Positions 55,690-64,000 of a stretch of DNA of 64,000 nucleotides are shown here, piece by piece. Every line of letters starts with the position of its first letter. Position 1 is the first letter of the stretch. A model generated the notes under the pieces. The model was given only the letters and a program-made list of their open reading frames with translations. It ran no database searches and had not been told where the DNA came from. Source of the DNA: an uncultured Acidimicrobiaceae bacterium (GTDB lineage: Bacteria > Actinomycetota > Acidimicrobiia > Acidimicrobiales > RAAP-2); contig CAWAFL010000013.1 in the NCBI GenBank assembly GCA_963781305.1, positions 478,948-542,947 of the forward strand, read 5' to 3'. The translations under genes were made by a program, and so were the position numbers.

Positions 55690-56841
55690 TCAGGAGCGGA
55701 GCGCCCGCAAGCCGGCGACGACGCGAGGGAACGCCGCGGCGAAGGCTTCGATGTCGGCGTCGGAGGTAGACCACCCCACCGACAAACGAAGTGACCGGTC
55801 GGCGTCGACGCCCATGGCCTGGAGCACGGGCGACGGCTCGAGGGACTCGGACGAGCACGACGAGCCCGAGTGAGCGGCGATGCCGGCTTGGTCCAGGCCG
55901 AGCAGGATGGGTTCCGCCTCCACACCCTCGATTCCCAGGCACACGATGTGGGGAACTCGGTGCTCTGGGTCTCCGTACTCGGTGACCCCGGGAATGGCCA
56001 GGGCTGCTTCCCGGATCTGACCGGCGAATCGACGGGCCGAGATCTCCTCGGCGTCAGCAGTGCCGGCGCCGGCCAACGCGGTGACGGCCGCCGCGAACCC
56101 CACGGTGGCGGCGACGTTCTCGAACCCGGCCCGTCGGGCCCGTTCCTGCTCACCGCCGACCAGGAACGGATCGACCCGAAGGCCCCGGCGCACCACCAAC
56201 GCGCCGATGCCGGGAGGTCCGCCCAGCTTGTGGGCAGAGACAGAGACCAGATCGGCATCGAGGGCACCGAGGTCGCAGGGGACATGTCCGGCCGCGGCCA
56301 CCGCGTCGACGTGGACGAGGACCGGAGTCCTTATCTGCCGGCACCGATCGATCACCGCGGCCACCGGTTGCACCGTTCCCACCTCATGGTTGGCCCATTG
56401 GCAATGGACGAGAGACACAGCCTGGTCGTAGAGGGTCCGGGCCCGCTCAAGGGCGTCGGACACGGTATCGGGGTCGATGCGACCGAGGTGGTCGACGTCG
56501 AGGCCCAGTACCGGTCCGGCCCGGGCCGTCGCATCGCGGACGGCGGAGTGCTCCACCGGTGAACACAGCATCGGGCCCGGTCGGGCTTGGGCTGCTCCCC
56601 ACACGGCGGCATTGATGGCCTCGGTGCCGCCCGAGGTGAACACGACTTGCCGGGAGCGGACCCCGAAGAACTCGGCCACCTGGTCGCGTGCGTCCTCCAG
56701 GGTGGCCCGGGCTATGCGCCCCTCGGTGTGGACTCGGCCAGGATCGGCGGTGATGCCAGTATCCCGCCAGGCGTCCATGGCCGCCGACGCCTCGGGGCGC
56801 AGCGCCGTCGTCGACGCGTGGTCGAGGTAGTGCCGCGCCAT
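55690..56841 (-). CDS. cysteine desulfurase (class V aminotransferase, NifS/IscS-like)
   Basis: Motifs YLDHASTT, PLP-Lys motif SAHKLGGP and active-site loop HSGSSCSS. Confidence 0.9.
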   Translation of the reverse strand: MARHYLDHASTTALRPEASAAMDAWRDTGITADPGRVHTEGRIARATLEDARDQVAEFFGVRSRQVVFTSGGTEAINAAVWGAAQARPGPMLCSPVEHSAVRDATARAGPVLGLDVDHLGRIDPDTVSDALERARTLYDQAVSLVHCQWANHEVGTVQPVAAVIDRCRQIRTPVLVHVDAVAAAGHVPCDLGALDADLVSVSAHKLGGPPGIGALVVRRGLRVDPFLVGGEQERARRAGFENVAATVGFAAAVTALAGAGTADAEEISARRFAGQIREAALAIPGVTEYGDPEHRVPHIVCLGIEGVEAEPILLGLDQAGIAAHSGSSCSSESLEPSPVLQAMGVDADRSLRLSVGWSTSDADIEAFAAAFPRVVAGLRALRS

Positions 56842-56945
56842 TTTCTAGAGCCGCGAATCGATCGAACGGGCTCCGTTGCCGAGACGGCCCGGCCCTGCCC
56901 CTGGTAGCCCAGCCCCTGGATGGACCGGTGATCCCGGTGGCACGT

Positions 56946-57710
56946 TCAGACCAACGCGACGCAGGCGTCGTCGCCGCGTGCCCGCGACGACAGCACCACG
57001 GGAACCGCACCCTCGGGGGTCTCCCCGCACAGCCCGGCAAGCAGCCCCTTGACCATGCCGCGGTCGACGGCACAGAGGACCGGGTATTGCGACGCCGCGT
57101 CCCCAAACGGGCAGCTGTCCGCCACCACCGCGGTGGAGGTGCCCTGGTCCTCGGCGTGGGCGGAGAACCCGTGGGCGGTCAAGGTGTCGGCGATGGCGTG
57201 CATCGCCGTCCGCAAGGACCGCTGTCCGTCTCCCGGTGCCATATGGCCGGCCAGCGTGCGTCCGTACTCCTCGCCGACGCGCTCGGCCATGTGCTCGGCC
57301 GCTTCTGGCCCGAGCAGGTTGAGGGCTTCTTGGAGCAAGAGGATGAGCAAGTCGTCCCGCCGGGTGAACAAATCGAGGGTGGGGTCATTGCCGATCACCG
57401 TGAAGCGCTTGGACGGCCGGCCGGCGCCGTGCCCGGCGGCGCGTTCCATGGTGACGTCGACGTACCCCCCGGCGGCGAGGCGTTCGAGGTGGTGACGCGC
57501 CACGTTGGGATGGAGCGAGAAGCGGGTGGCCACCTCCGAGGCGGTGGCCCCGGGGTTGGAACGGACGAAGAGGTAGATCTCCCTGCGGGTCGGGTCGCCG
57601 AAGGCCGATGTCACCGCCGCCGCCGCCGCCGAGAAGTCGTTATCGGAAGGAATTGCCTCGGTCACCAGCGGCGTTACTGCCGCGCCCGACCGGTCCTGGT
57701 TTGATGACAC
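56946..57710 (-). CDS. ArsR/SufR-like winged-helix regulator with a C-terminal Cys cluster
   Basis: HTH region GDPTRREIYLFV...ASEVATRFSLHPNVARHHLERL. C-terminal C-x12-C-x14-C-x21-C spacing. GTG start at 57710. The remainder of the 559-aa track ORF is antisense to mrp. Confidence 0.7.
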   Translation of the reverse strand: MSSNQDRSGAAVTPLVTEAIPSDNDFSAAAAAVTSAFGDPTRREIYLFVRSNPGATASEVATRFSLHPNVARHHLERLAAGGYVDVTMERAAGHGAGRPSKRFTVIGNDPTLDLFTRRDDLLILLLQEALNLLGPEAAEHMAERVGEEYGRTLAGHMAPGDGQRSLRTAMHAIADTLTAHGFSAHAEDQGTSTAVVADSCPFGDAASQYPVLCAVDRGMVKGLLAGLCGETPEGAVPVVLSSRARGDDACVALV

Positions 57711-57758
57711 GTCACCTAGTGTAGTCGTGAAGCCAATTTGTTCCGAGGAGAGACGTCC

Positions 57759-58946
57759 ATGTCCATTGACGAGGCACAGGTGCGGGCCGCTGCCGAAGCG
57801 GTGACGGACCCCGAGCTTCGTCGCACGCTCGGCGAGCTGGGCATGGTGCGATCGGTGTCGGTCAAGAGGAAGCGGGTGACGGTCGACTTGGCCGTACCGG
57901 TCGGCCAGTACCCCCAGGTCGACGACCTGGTTACCCGGGTCAGGGCGGCTGTGGGATCCCTGAAGGGCGTCGACGAGGTCGGCGGCGAGGTGGCCGTCAT
58001 GACCGAGGAGGAGCGGCGGCTGGTACGACTGTTGCTGCGCGGGGAACCACTCGACGGCGGGGTGTCGGCGTACGCGGACGAGAACGGCCACGACCACGGG
58101 CACGATCACGGCCAGGGCGGCCAGCTCGGGCACGAAGAGGGTCGACCCAACCGGTTCATGCTGCCCCGCTCGCGAACCCGCGTCATCGGGATCTCGTCGG
58201 GTAAGGGTGGAGTGGGGAAATCCTCGGTCACGGTCAACCTGGCTGTGGCTCTGGCCCAGCAGGGTCACGACGTCGGGATCCTCGATGCCGACGTGTACGG
58301 GTTCTCGGTCCCGAAAATGCTGGGGGTCCGAACCGACCCGTTGATCATCGACGACTTGGTCATCCCGCCGACGGTCCACGGCGTGCGCTGTCTGTCGATG
58401 GGGTTCTTCGTTCCCGACGAGACCCCGGTCATCTGGCGGGGGCCCATGCTGCACAAGGCCCTGGAGCAATTCCTGGTCGACGCGTACTGGGGCGAGCCGG
58501 ACTTCCTGTTGGTGGACATGCCCCCGGGCACGGGGGACGTCACGCTTTCGCTGGGGCAATATCTGACCAAGACCGAGGTGTTCGTGGTCACCACGCCCCA
58601 GGCCGCGGCCCAACGGGTGGCGCAACGCTCGGCCTATGCGGCTCGGAAGCTGAAGCTGGCCGTGCGCGGCGTCATCGAGAACATGAGCTGGTTCACCGGC
58701 GACGACGGCACCCGGTACGAGCTGTTCGGGTCAGGGGGCGGGAAGAGCCTCGCCGGCGAGCTGGGCGTGCCCCTCTTGGCCCAGATCCCCTTGGTGCCGG
58801 CGCTGCGCGAAGGCGGCGACGTCGGGGTGCCGGTGATGGTGGCTGATCCCGACGGGGAGGCGGCCAAGGCCTTCTCCCGACTGGCAGAGCAGATGGTCAG
58901 TCTCGGACCGGCACGGGTGTACCGCCAGGAGCTCACCGTTCACTGA
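57759..58946 (+). CDS. mrp: Fe-S cluster carrier ATPase Mrp/ApbC with an N-terminal DUF59 domain
   Basis: ATG follows AGGAGAG. DUF59-like N-terminus (VTDPELRRTLGELGMV), P-loop SGKGGVGKS and CP-type region. A His-rich insert (GHDHGHDHG) is present. Confidence 0.9.
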   Translation: MSIDEAQVRAAAEAVTDPELRRTLGELGMVRSVSVKRKRVTVDLAVPVGQYPQVDDLVTRVRAAVGSLKGVDEVGGEVAVMTEEERRLVRLLLRGEPLDGGVSAYADENGHDHGHDHGQGGQLGHEEGRPNRFMLPRSRTRVIGISSGKGGVGKSSVTVNLAVALAQQGHDVGILDADVYGFSVPKMLGVRTDPLIIDDLVIPPTVHGVRCLSMGFFVPDETPVIWRGPMLHKALEQFLVDAYWGEPDFLLVDMPPGTGDVTLSLGQYLTKTEVFVVTTPQAAAQRVAQRSAYAARKLKLAVRGVIENMSWFTGDDGTRYELFGSGGGKSLAGELGVPLLAQIPLVPALREGGDVGVPVMVADPDGEAAKAFSRLAEQMVSLGPARVYRQELTVH

Positions 58947-59070
58947 CTCACCGTTGACTGAGCAGCGATTGGGCAGCGATGCCCCGCCGTCTGCCCCGGC
59001 GTGATGGCAGCTGGCGATGGAGGCGCCGGCGATGGCGATACCGGTGCCAAACGCTTGTGGCGACGACTCG

Positions 59071-60234
59071 CTACGGACGTCCGGCGATGCCCACCCCTAC
59101 CGGGAGCTTGGTCGGGTCCCAGCCGAGCACGGCGACGGCCTGGGTAAATGCGAACCGGTCGGTCATGCCGGCGACGTACTCAACGCCGGCCCGGAGGGCC
59201 TCCGGCTCGCCGCCCCGAAGGGACCCGCCCGCCTCGGCCACCGATGGGATTCGATTCGGGCGATCGGCATAGTGGTCGACCAGCGCCCGCAAGACGGCAA
59301 CCACCGCCCCGTTTTGGGCCAGGGAGCTGGGACGAAGGTAGATGTGCTGGTAGTTGCTCCCCCGGAAGGCAGCGAGCGCGTCGGCCAGTTCCTCGCCCAT
59401 CCCGATCCGACCGGTCCGGGCCACCGTCTCGACCACGCCGTCTATGAACGACCCGAGCTGCTGGCTCCGGCGCTCGCCGCAGCGGGCCCGGACCACGTCG
59501 GGAAGCACGCTCGACGTGACGATCCCGCTGGCCACGGCGTCCTCGAAGTCATGGCAGACATAGGCGATGCGGTCAGCCCAGCTCACCACCTCGCCCTCGG
59601 GGGTCGAGGGGGCCGGGCGAGACCAGGAGTGGTTCCTGATCCCGTCGAGTGTCTCGGTGCACAGGTTGAGCGGGCCGAGGGAAACATCGGCGCCCCACAC
59701 GGCGTGGTCGAACCCGCCGTCGAGGTACGGCGAGAGTGCGTCCTCGCTGGCGTGTCCGCCCGGACCGTGCCCGCAGTCGTGGCCGAGTGCGATGGCCTCG
59801 GTCAGCGAGACGTTCAACCGGCACGCCCGGGCAATGCTGGTGGCCACCTGGGCCACCTCCAGTGCATGCGTGAGCCGGGTCCGCTGATGGTCGTCGGGGA
59901 AGACGAACACCTGGGTCTTGCCGGCCAGGCGGCGAAAGGCGGTGGCGTGCAGGATGCGGTCCCGATCCCGCTCGAAGCAGGTCCGCCAGCCATCGGGCTC
60001 CTCAGCCCGCACCCGGTTGCCTGCGCCACGGGCACGGGTCGCCCCCGGGGCCAGCTGGGCGTCCTCGAGGTCCTCCCGCTGGAGCCGGTCGAACGGGGCG
60101 ACGGCGTTCGGACCCGCTCCGGTGTGGCTGTCGGCATGGGCGTACCTGGTCCCGTGGTCGGGGTAGCCGACCATGGTGGAGGCCCACCGGCGATTCCGTT
60201 CGGTCTCGCCTTCCCGTTCGCTGTCACCCAACAT
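59071..60234 (-). CDS. dgt: dGTP triphosphohydrolase-like HD-domain protein
   Basis: Motifs FERDRDRILH, RLTHALEV and HDCGHGPGGH. The start may be ATG 60234 or 60174. Confidence 0.85.
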   Translation of the reverse strand: MLGDSEREGETERNRRWASTMVGYPDHGTRYAHADSHTGAGPNAVAPFDRLQREDLEDAQLAPGATRARGAGNRVRAEEPDGWRTCFERDRDRILHATAFRRLAGKTQVFVFPDDHQRTRLTHALEVAQVATSIARACRLNVSLTEAIALGHDCGHGPGGHASEDALSPYLDGGFDHAVWGADVSLGPLNLCTETLDGIRNHSWSRPAPSTPEGEVVSWADRIAYVCHDFEDAVASGIVTSSVLPDVVRARCGERRSQQLGSFIDGVVETVARTGRIGMGEELADALAAFRGSNYQHIYLRPSSLAQNGAVVAVLRALVDHYADRPNRIPSVAEAGGSLRGGEPEALRAGVEYVAGMTDRFAFTQAVAVLGWDPTKLPVGVGIAGRP

Positions 60235-60353
60235 GTCTCCAGTGTGGCGCAGCGGTGTGACCGGGGGGCGACGGGACGGGGGCTGTCTCGGACCTTGTAT
60301 CGTCGGTGGCAGCCGGCAGAGCTGCCGGCGTCCTTCTGAGAGGAGCGTGCCAG

Positions 60354-60590
60354 GTGGACGTGCGTATCGGGATTGTCCAGTCGGTCAAGGAGCTCGACGT
60401 CGAGTTGGCCGAGGACACAGATCGTGACAAGGTCCTGGCCGAGATCGAAGAGATTCTGTCCGGTGAGGGCAGCATCTTGTGGCTGACTGACCGCAAGGGC
60501 CGCCGGGTCGGCGTACCGTCGGCCAAGGTCGCATATATCGAGGTGGACGCCCCGACGACCGAGCGACGGGTCGGTTTCGGGATCTCCTGA
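60354..60590 (+). CDS. DUF3107 domain-containing protein
   Basis: GTG at 60354 follows GAGGAG. Sequence VDVRIGIVQSVKELDVEL...KVAYIEV. Confidence 0.8.
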   Translation: MDVRIGIVQSVKELDVELAEDTDRDKVLAEIEEILSGEGSILWLTDRKGRRVGVPSAKVAYIEVDAPTTERRVGFGIS

Positions 60591-60672
60591 GATTGCAGGT
60601 GATCCGCCCGACGGCCGAGGTGCCGGATCCGCCCATTTCGCACGTTCCGCCGGCCGACCCCGTTCCCGCTCC

Positions 60673-61632
60673 GTGAGCTCGGACCTGACTCCCCTTCTCG
60701 ACCTGAAGCTGCTGTTCGTCACGGGCAAGGGCGGCGTGGGCAAGACGACGTTGGCCTCCGCGCTGGCGCTCCTCGCCTCCCAACGGGGGAAGCGGGTCCT
60801 CATCTGTGAAGTGGACGCCAAGGGGGACGTCGCCGGGTTCTACGAGGCGAAACCCACGCGGTTCAAAGAGCGAGAGCTCCTGCCCGGTCTGTTCGCCATG
60901 ACCATGGACACCGAGGCGTCGCTCCGGGAGTACCTGAAGCTCCAACTGCGGATCCCGGTGGTCGGGCGCATCGGCCCGCTGGCCAAGGCCTTCGACTTCG
61001 TCGCCACCGCCGCTCCCGGCGTCCGGGAGATCCTGACGGTGGGCAAGTTCTGCTACGAGGTCCGCGAAGGTCACTACGACCTGGTGGTGGTGGACGCTCC
61101 GGCGTCGGGTCACATCGTCGGCCAGCTGGCGGCCCCGCAGGCCATCAACGAGTTGGTGAAGGTTGGCCTCATCCGCTCGCAGACCGACTGGATGCTGAAG
61201 ATCCTCTCCGACCCGGCGCAGACGGGCCTGGTGGCGGTGTGCACGCCCGAGGAGATGCCGGTGAACGAGACCATCGAGCTGGCTGACCAGGTACGGGAAC
61301 AGACGACGGTGCAGCTGTCGGCGGTGGTGGTGAACCGCGTCCTGCCTGAGCTCTTCGGCCGACAGGAAGAGGCCGTCTTCGATGCGCTGTGCGCTCCGGG
61401 TCCGTCCGAGCAGCTGGGCCGACTGGTGGGCGGTGACCCGGTCATGGCGCTCAAGGCGGCCACGCTGGCCGTGACCATGCGAAGGACCCGGTCAACCCAT
61501 CTGGAACGCCTGCGCGAAGGGATCGACCCCTCGGTCCCCATGCTCTACCTGCCCTACCTGTTCACCCGGTCCCATGGCCTGCGGACGACCAAACAGGTGG
61601 CTGCCTCGCTGGGCGAGGAGCTGGGGTTCTGA
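60673..61632 (+). CDS. ArsA/Get3-like P-loop ATPase (first of a pair)
   Basis: Deviant Walker A TGKGGVGKTT and Walker B-like VVVDAPASGH. Confidence 0.85.
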   Translation: MSSDLTPLLDLKLLFVTGKGGVGKTTLASALALLASQRGKRVLICEVDAKGDVAGFYEAKPTRFKERELLPGLFAMTMDTEASLREYLKLQLRIPVVGRIGPLAKAFDFVATAAPGVREILTVGKFCYEVREGHYDLVVVDAPASGHIVGQLAAPQAINELVKVGLIRSQTDWMLKILSDPAQTGLVAVCTPEEMPVNETIELADQVREQTTVQLSAVVVNRVLPELFGRQEEAVFDALCAPGPSEQLGRLVGGDPVMALKAATLAVTMRRTRSTHLERLREGIDPSVPMLYLPYLFTRSHGLRTTKQVAASLGEELGF

Positions 61633-63128
61633 TGGTCGAGGACGTGCCGACCGGCGACAGAGACGACGACCGGCCGCCGACGACAGCGCCAGATCCTTCG
61701 GCCGCAGATCCTTCGGCCGCAGCGCCGAACAAGGCAGCCACCAAGAAGGCCGCCACGAAGGCGACGACAACCAAGAAGACGGCCACGAAGCAGACGACGG
61801 CGAAGAGCGCAGCGGCAAAGAAGGCGGCGCCAACCAGGGCGGCCCCGACCAAGGCAGGGACGTCAGCGAAGGCCACGGCCACCACGTCCCCTCCCGCAGG
61901 GAAGCCGTCGGCGGGATCCGATGCCGGACGGGACGAAGCGCGGTCCGGCCGGGCGGATACGTCGGGATCGATCGACGGGCTGCTGGCGGCCAAGGAGATT
62001 GTCATCGCCTGCGGACCCGGCGGCGTGGGCAAGACCACCACCGCGGCGGCCGCCGGCGTCATGGCCGCGGTGCACCAGGGCGGCAAGGTGCTGGTCCTCA
62101 CCGTCGACCCGGCCAAGCGCCTGGCCAATGCGTTGGGTCTGGAGGGGATCGGCAATACCGAGCGCCGGGTACCCGAGGAGGCATTCCGGGCGGCAGGGCT
62201 CAAGCCGCGAGGGGAATTGTGGGCGGCCATGCTCGACACGAAGCAGTCCTGGGATGCACTGATCCGCCGGCACGCACCCGACCCGCAGACCAGGGACGAG
62301 ATCCTGGCCAATCCCTTGTACCAGAACATCTCCGGACGCTTCGTCCAGAGCCACGACTACATCGCCATGGAGCGGCTCTACGAGATCCATTCCGAAGGGG
62401 ACTACGACCTGATCGTCGTGGACACCCCGCCGACCCGCAACGCCCTCGACTTCCTGGACGCCCCCCAGCGACTGGCCGATTTCTTCTCGTCCCGGCTGTT
62501 GCGGTGGCTCATCGTTCCCTACCGGTCCAAGCTGGTCAACGCGGCGACCAAACCGTTTTACCAGATCGCCGACCGAATTCTGGGCACCCAATTCCTGGCT
62601 GACATCTCCGAGTTCTTCATCCTCTTCCAATCGATGTACGACGGCTTCGTGGAGCGGGCCGACGCCGTCGGGCGGCTCCTGTCCGACCGCCGCACCACGT
62701 TCATGGTTGTCTCGACGCTCGAAGCCGTGCCCCTCCGGGAGGCTGAGTTCTTTGCCCATGAGCTCACCGACCGCCATCTCCACCTGGGCGCCATCGTGTT
62801 GAACAAGGTGCTGCCGGGCTACCTCCGGGATCCGGGGGCGGCGGCGGTGGCCGAGACGATGAAGGAGCGCGCCCCCGAACTGGCCGCCGAGCTCGCTTCC
62901 TGGGCTGACCCGGGCGACGAGGTGCTCCGCGACCAGGACAACCTGAGGCGGGTGCTGACCGAGGTGGCCGAGAGCTTCCTCAACTTCCGCATCGTGGCCA
63001 TCAGGGAGGGCGAGGAACGGGCCCACTTGGCCACCGCCCCTGAGGTGCTGGCTACGGTCCCCTTCTTCGACACCGACATCTACGATCTTGCCGGTCTGGT
63101 CCGGCTCGGCCAGCAGATCTGGTCGTAG
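61632..63128 (+). CDS. ArsA/Get3-like P-loop ATPase (second of a pair) with a Lys/Ala/Thr-rich N-terminal tail
   Basis: TGATG start/stop overlap with the preceding gene. P-loop CGPGGVGKTT and VVDTPPT. Residues around 25-95 are low complexity (KKAATKATTTKKTATKQTTAKSAAAKKAAP...). Confidence 0.85.
   Translation: MVEDVPTGDRDDDRPPTTAPDPSAADPSAAAPNKAATKKAATKATTTKKTATKQTTAKSAAAKKAAPTRAAPTKAGTSAKATATTSPPAGKPSAGSDAGRDEARSGRADTSGSIDGLLAAKEIVIACGPGGVGKTTTAAAAGVMAAVHQGGKVLVLTVDPAKRLANALGLEGIGNTERRVPEEAFRAAGLKPRGELWAAMLDTKQSWDALIRRHAPDPQTRDEILANPLYQNISGRFVQSHDYIAMERLYEIHSEGDYDLIVVDTPPTRNALDFLDAPQRLADFFSSRLLRWLIVPYRSKLVNAATKPFYQIADRILGTQFLADISEFFILFQSMYDGFVERADAVGRLLSDRRTTFMVVSTLEAVPLREAEFFAHELTDRHLHLGAIVLNKVLPGYLRDPGAAAVAETMKERAPELAAELASWADPGDEVLRDQDNLRRVLTEVAESFLNFRIVAIREGEERAHLATAPEVLATVPFFDTDIYDLAGLVRLGQQIWS
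61691..61720 (+). repeat. perfect 15-bp x2 in-frame tandem duplication
   Basis: AGATCCTTCGGCCGC occurs twice and encodes the duplicated DPSAA. Confidence 0.9.
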
Positions 63129-63180
63129 CGCCGGGGCCGATTCGGCCGAACCCACCGATCGGCTGCCGTACGATGCACGC

Positions 63181-63825
63181 ATGACCGACATCGTCGATCC
63201 AGCAATCGAGGCCTACGCCGCCGCGCATACCACCCCCACCCCACCCTTTTTGAGCGAGGTGGCCGAGTACACCCGGTCGAACATGTCCGCGCCGGGCATG
63301 ATGGTGGGCAACCTGGAGGGTCGGTTCCTGGAGCTGTTGGTCTTCGCCACCGGCGCCACCCGGATACTGGAGATCGGCACGTTCACCGGGTATTCGTCCC
63401 TGTCCATGGCCGCCGGGCTGGCCCCGGGAGGCAAGATCGTCACCTGTGAGGTTGATCCCACCCACGCCGAAGTGGCCCAGCGGCACATCGCCGCCAGCCC
63501 GTATGCCGACAGCATCGACGTTGTGGTCGGGCCGGCCATGGAGTCCATCGCCGAGCTGCCCGGGCCCTTCGATCTGGTGTTCATCGACGCCGATAAGACC
63601 GGCTACATGGCCTACTTCGAGGCCGTCTTCCCCAAACTCGCCCCGCGGGGCCTGATCGTGGCCGACAACACCCTGTGGCACGGGCGGGTGGTGGACCCGA
63701 GCGACACCTCGGAGTCGACCGAGGCCCTTCGGGCCTTCAACGAGAGGGTGGCAGACGATCCCCGCGTCGTCGCCGTCCAGACCACGGTGCGCGACGGCGT
63801 GACCCTTATCCGCCGGGCCGACTGA
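63181..63825 (+). CDS. class I SAM-dependent O-methyltransferase (caffeoyl-CoA OMT-like)
   Basis: Motifs ILEIGTFTGYS, VFIDADK and ADNTLWHG. Confidence 0.85.
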   Translation: MTDIVDPAIEAYAAAHTTPTPPFLSEVAEYTRSNMSAPGMMVGNLEGRFLELLVFATGATRILEIGTFTGYSSLSMAAGLAPGGKIVTCEVDPTHAEVAQRHIAASPYADSIDVVVGPAMESIAELPGPFDLVFIDADKTGYMAYFEAVFPKLAPRGLIVADNTLWHGRVVDPSDTSESTEALRAFNERVADDPRVVAVQTTVRDGVTLIRRAD

Positions 63826-63915
63826 GCTCCCTCGAGAACTCTGAATCAGAACCATGTCGCGCCGTCTCAGACCCATGTCGCGCCCGCCGGAGACCGCGAA
63901 CGGAAAGGACCGCTA

Positions 63916-64000
63916 GTGCTCGACTACCACCTGCATCTCTGGCCCCATACCCAACGTGATGCCGAGGCCACGGTGGAGCAAGTCGCTGCCTACTGTGAGA
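63916..64000 (+). CDS. PHP-domain (histidinol-phosphatase-like) protein, N-terminal fragment running off the window
   Basis: GTG follows GGAAAGGA. The LDYHLHLWPH metal-binding start is typical of PHP hydrolases. Only 28 codons are visible. Confidence 0.4.
   Translation, partial: MLDYHLHLWPHTQRDAEATVEQVAAYCE

Noticed and set aside
57711-58625. The upstream 305 codons of the 559-aa minus-strand ORF.
   Set aside because: This part is antisense to mrp. The winged-helix regulator begins at GTG 57710.

Overview
This is a 64 kb, visibly high-GC window (roughly two-thirds G+C by eye, not computed) that looks like ordinary chromosomal DNA from an actinobacterium-like organism, possibly Acidimicrobiia-like. 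That placement rests on remembered family distributions (DUF3107, a SigK/RskA-type pair, WS/DGAT, a DesA3-like desaturase, a paired ArsA/Get3-like ATPase, DUF59-Mrp), not on any search. Coding density is very high on both strands, and most long antisense ORFs in the six-frame track are GC-driven shadows. I see no rRNA, tRNA, CRISPR array, transposase, integrase or prophage gene. Content runs from a LivMGF amino-acid ABC transporter tail through a block of redox and hydrolase genes (amidohydrolase, CitE-like lyase, diiron oxygenase, two hydrolases, Zn-ADH plus Baeyer-Villiger monooxygenase plus TetR). It continues with lipid genes (desaturase, WS/DGAT, lipase-like hydrolase, acyl-CoA dehydrogenase, crotonase) and housekeeping genes (uvrD/pcrA, valS, cysS, cspA, gmd, dgt-like, mrp, cysteine desulfurase). 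An ECF sigma/anti-sigma pair is also present. The most striking locus is a complete, translationally coupled System I cytochrome c maturation cluster, ccdA-ccmABCDEFGH, including a 55-codon ccmD that is absent from the ORF track. Other points worth a second look are listed here. (1) valS is split by a 1-nt frame disruption. (2) Five degenerate 23-bp tandem repeats sit in a divergent promoter region. (3) A membrane-anchored protein carries 18 collagen-like G-X-Y triplets. (4) A YfhO-like membrane protein contains a perfect 33-bp x3 in-frame repeat. (5) Two outward-facing (C/T)CATCC-N15/16-CCGAAG motifs flank the sigma-factor intergenic region. (6) Several perfect short tandem duplications occur across the window. 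All product calls come from motif recognition by eye; no database search or computation was run.
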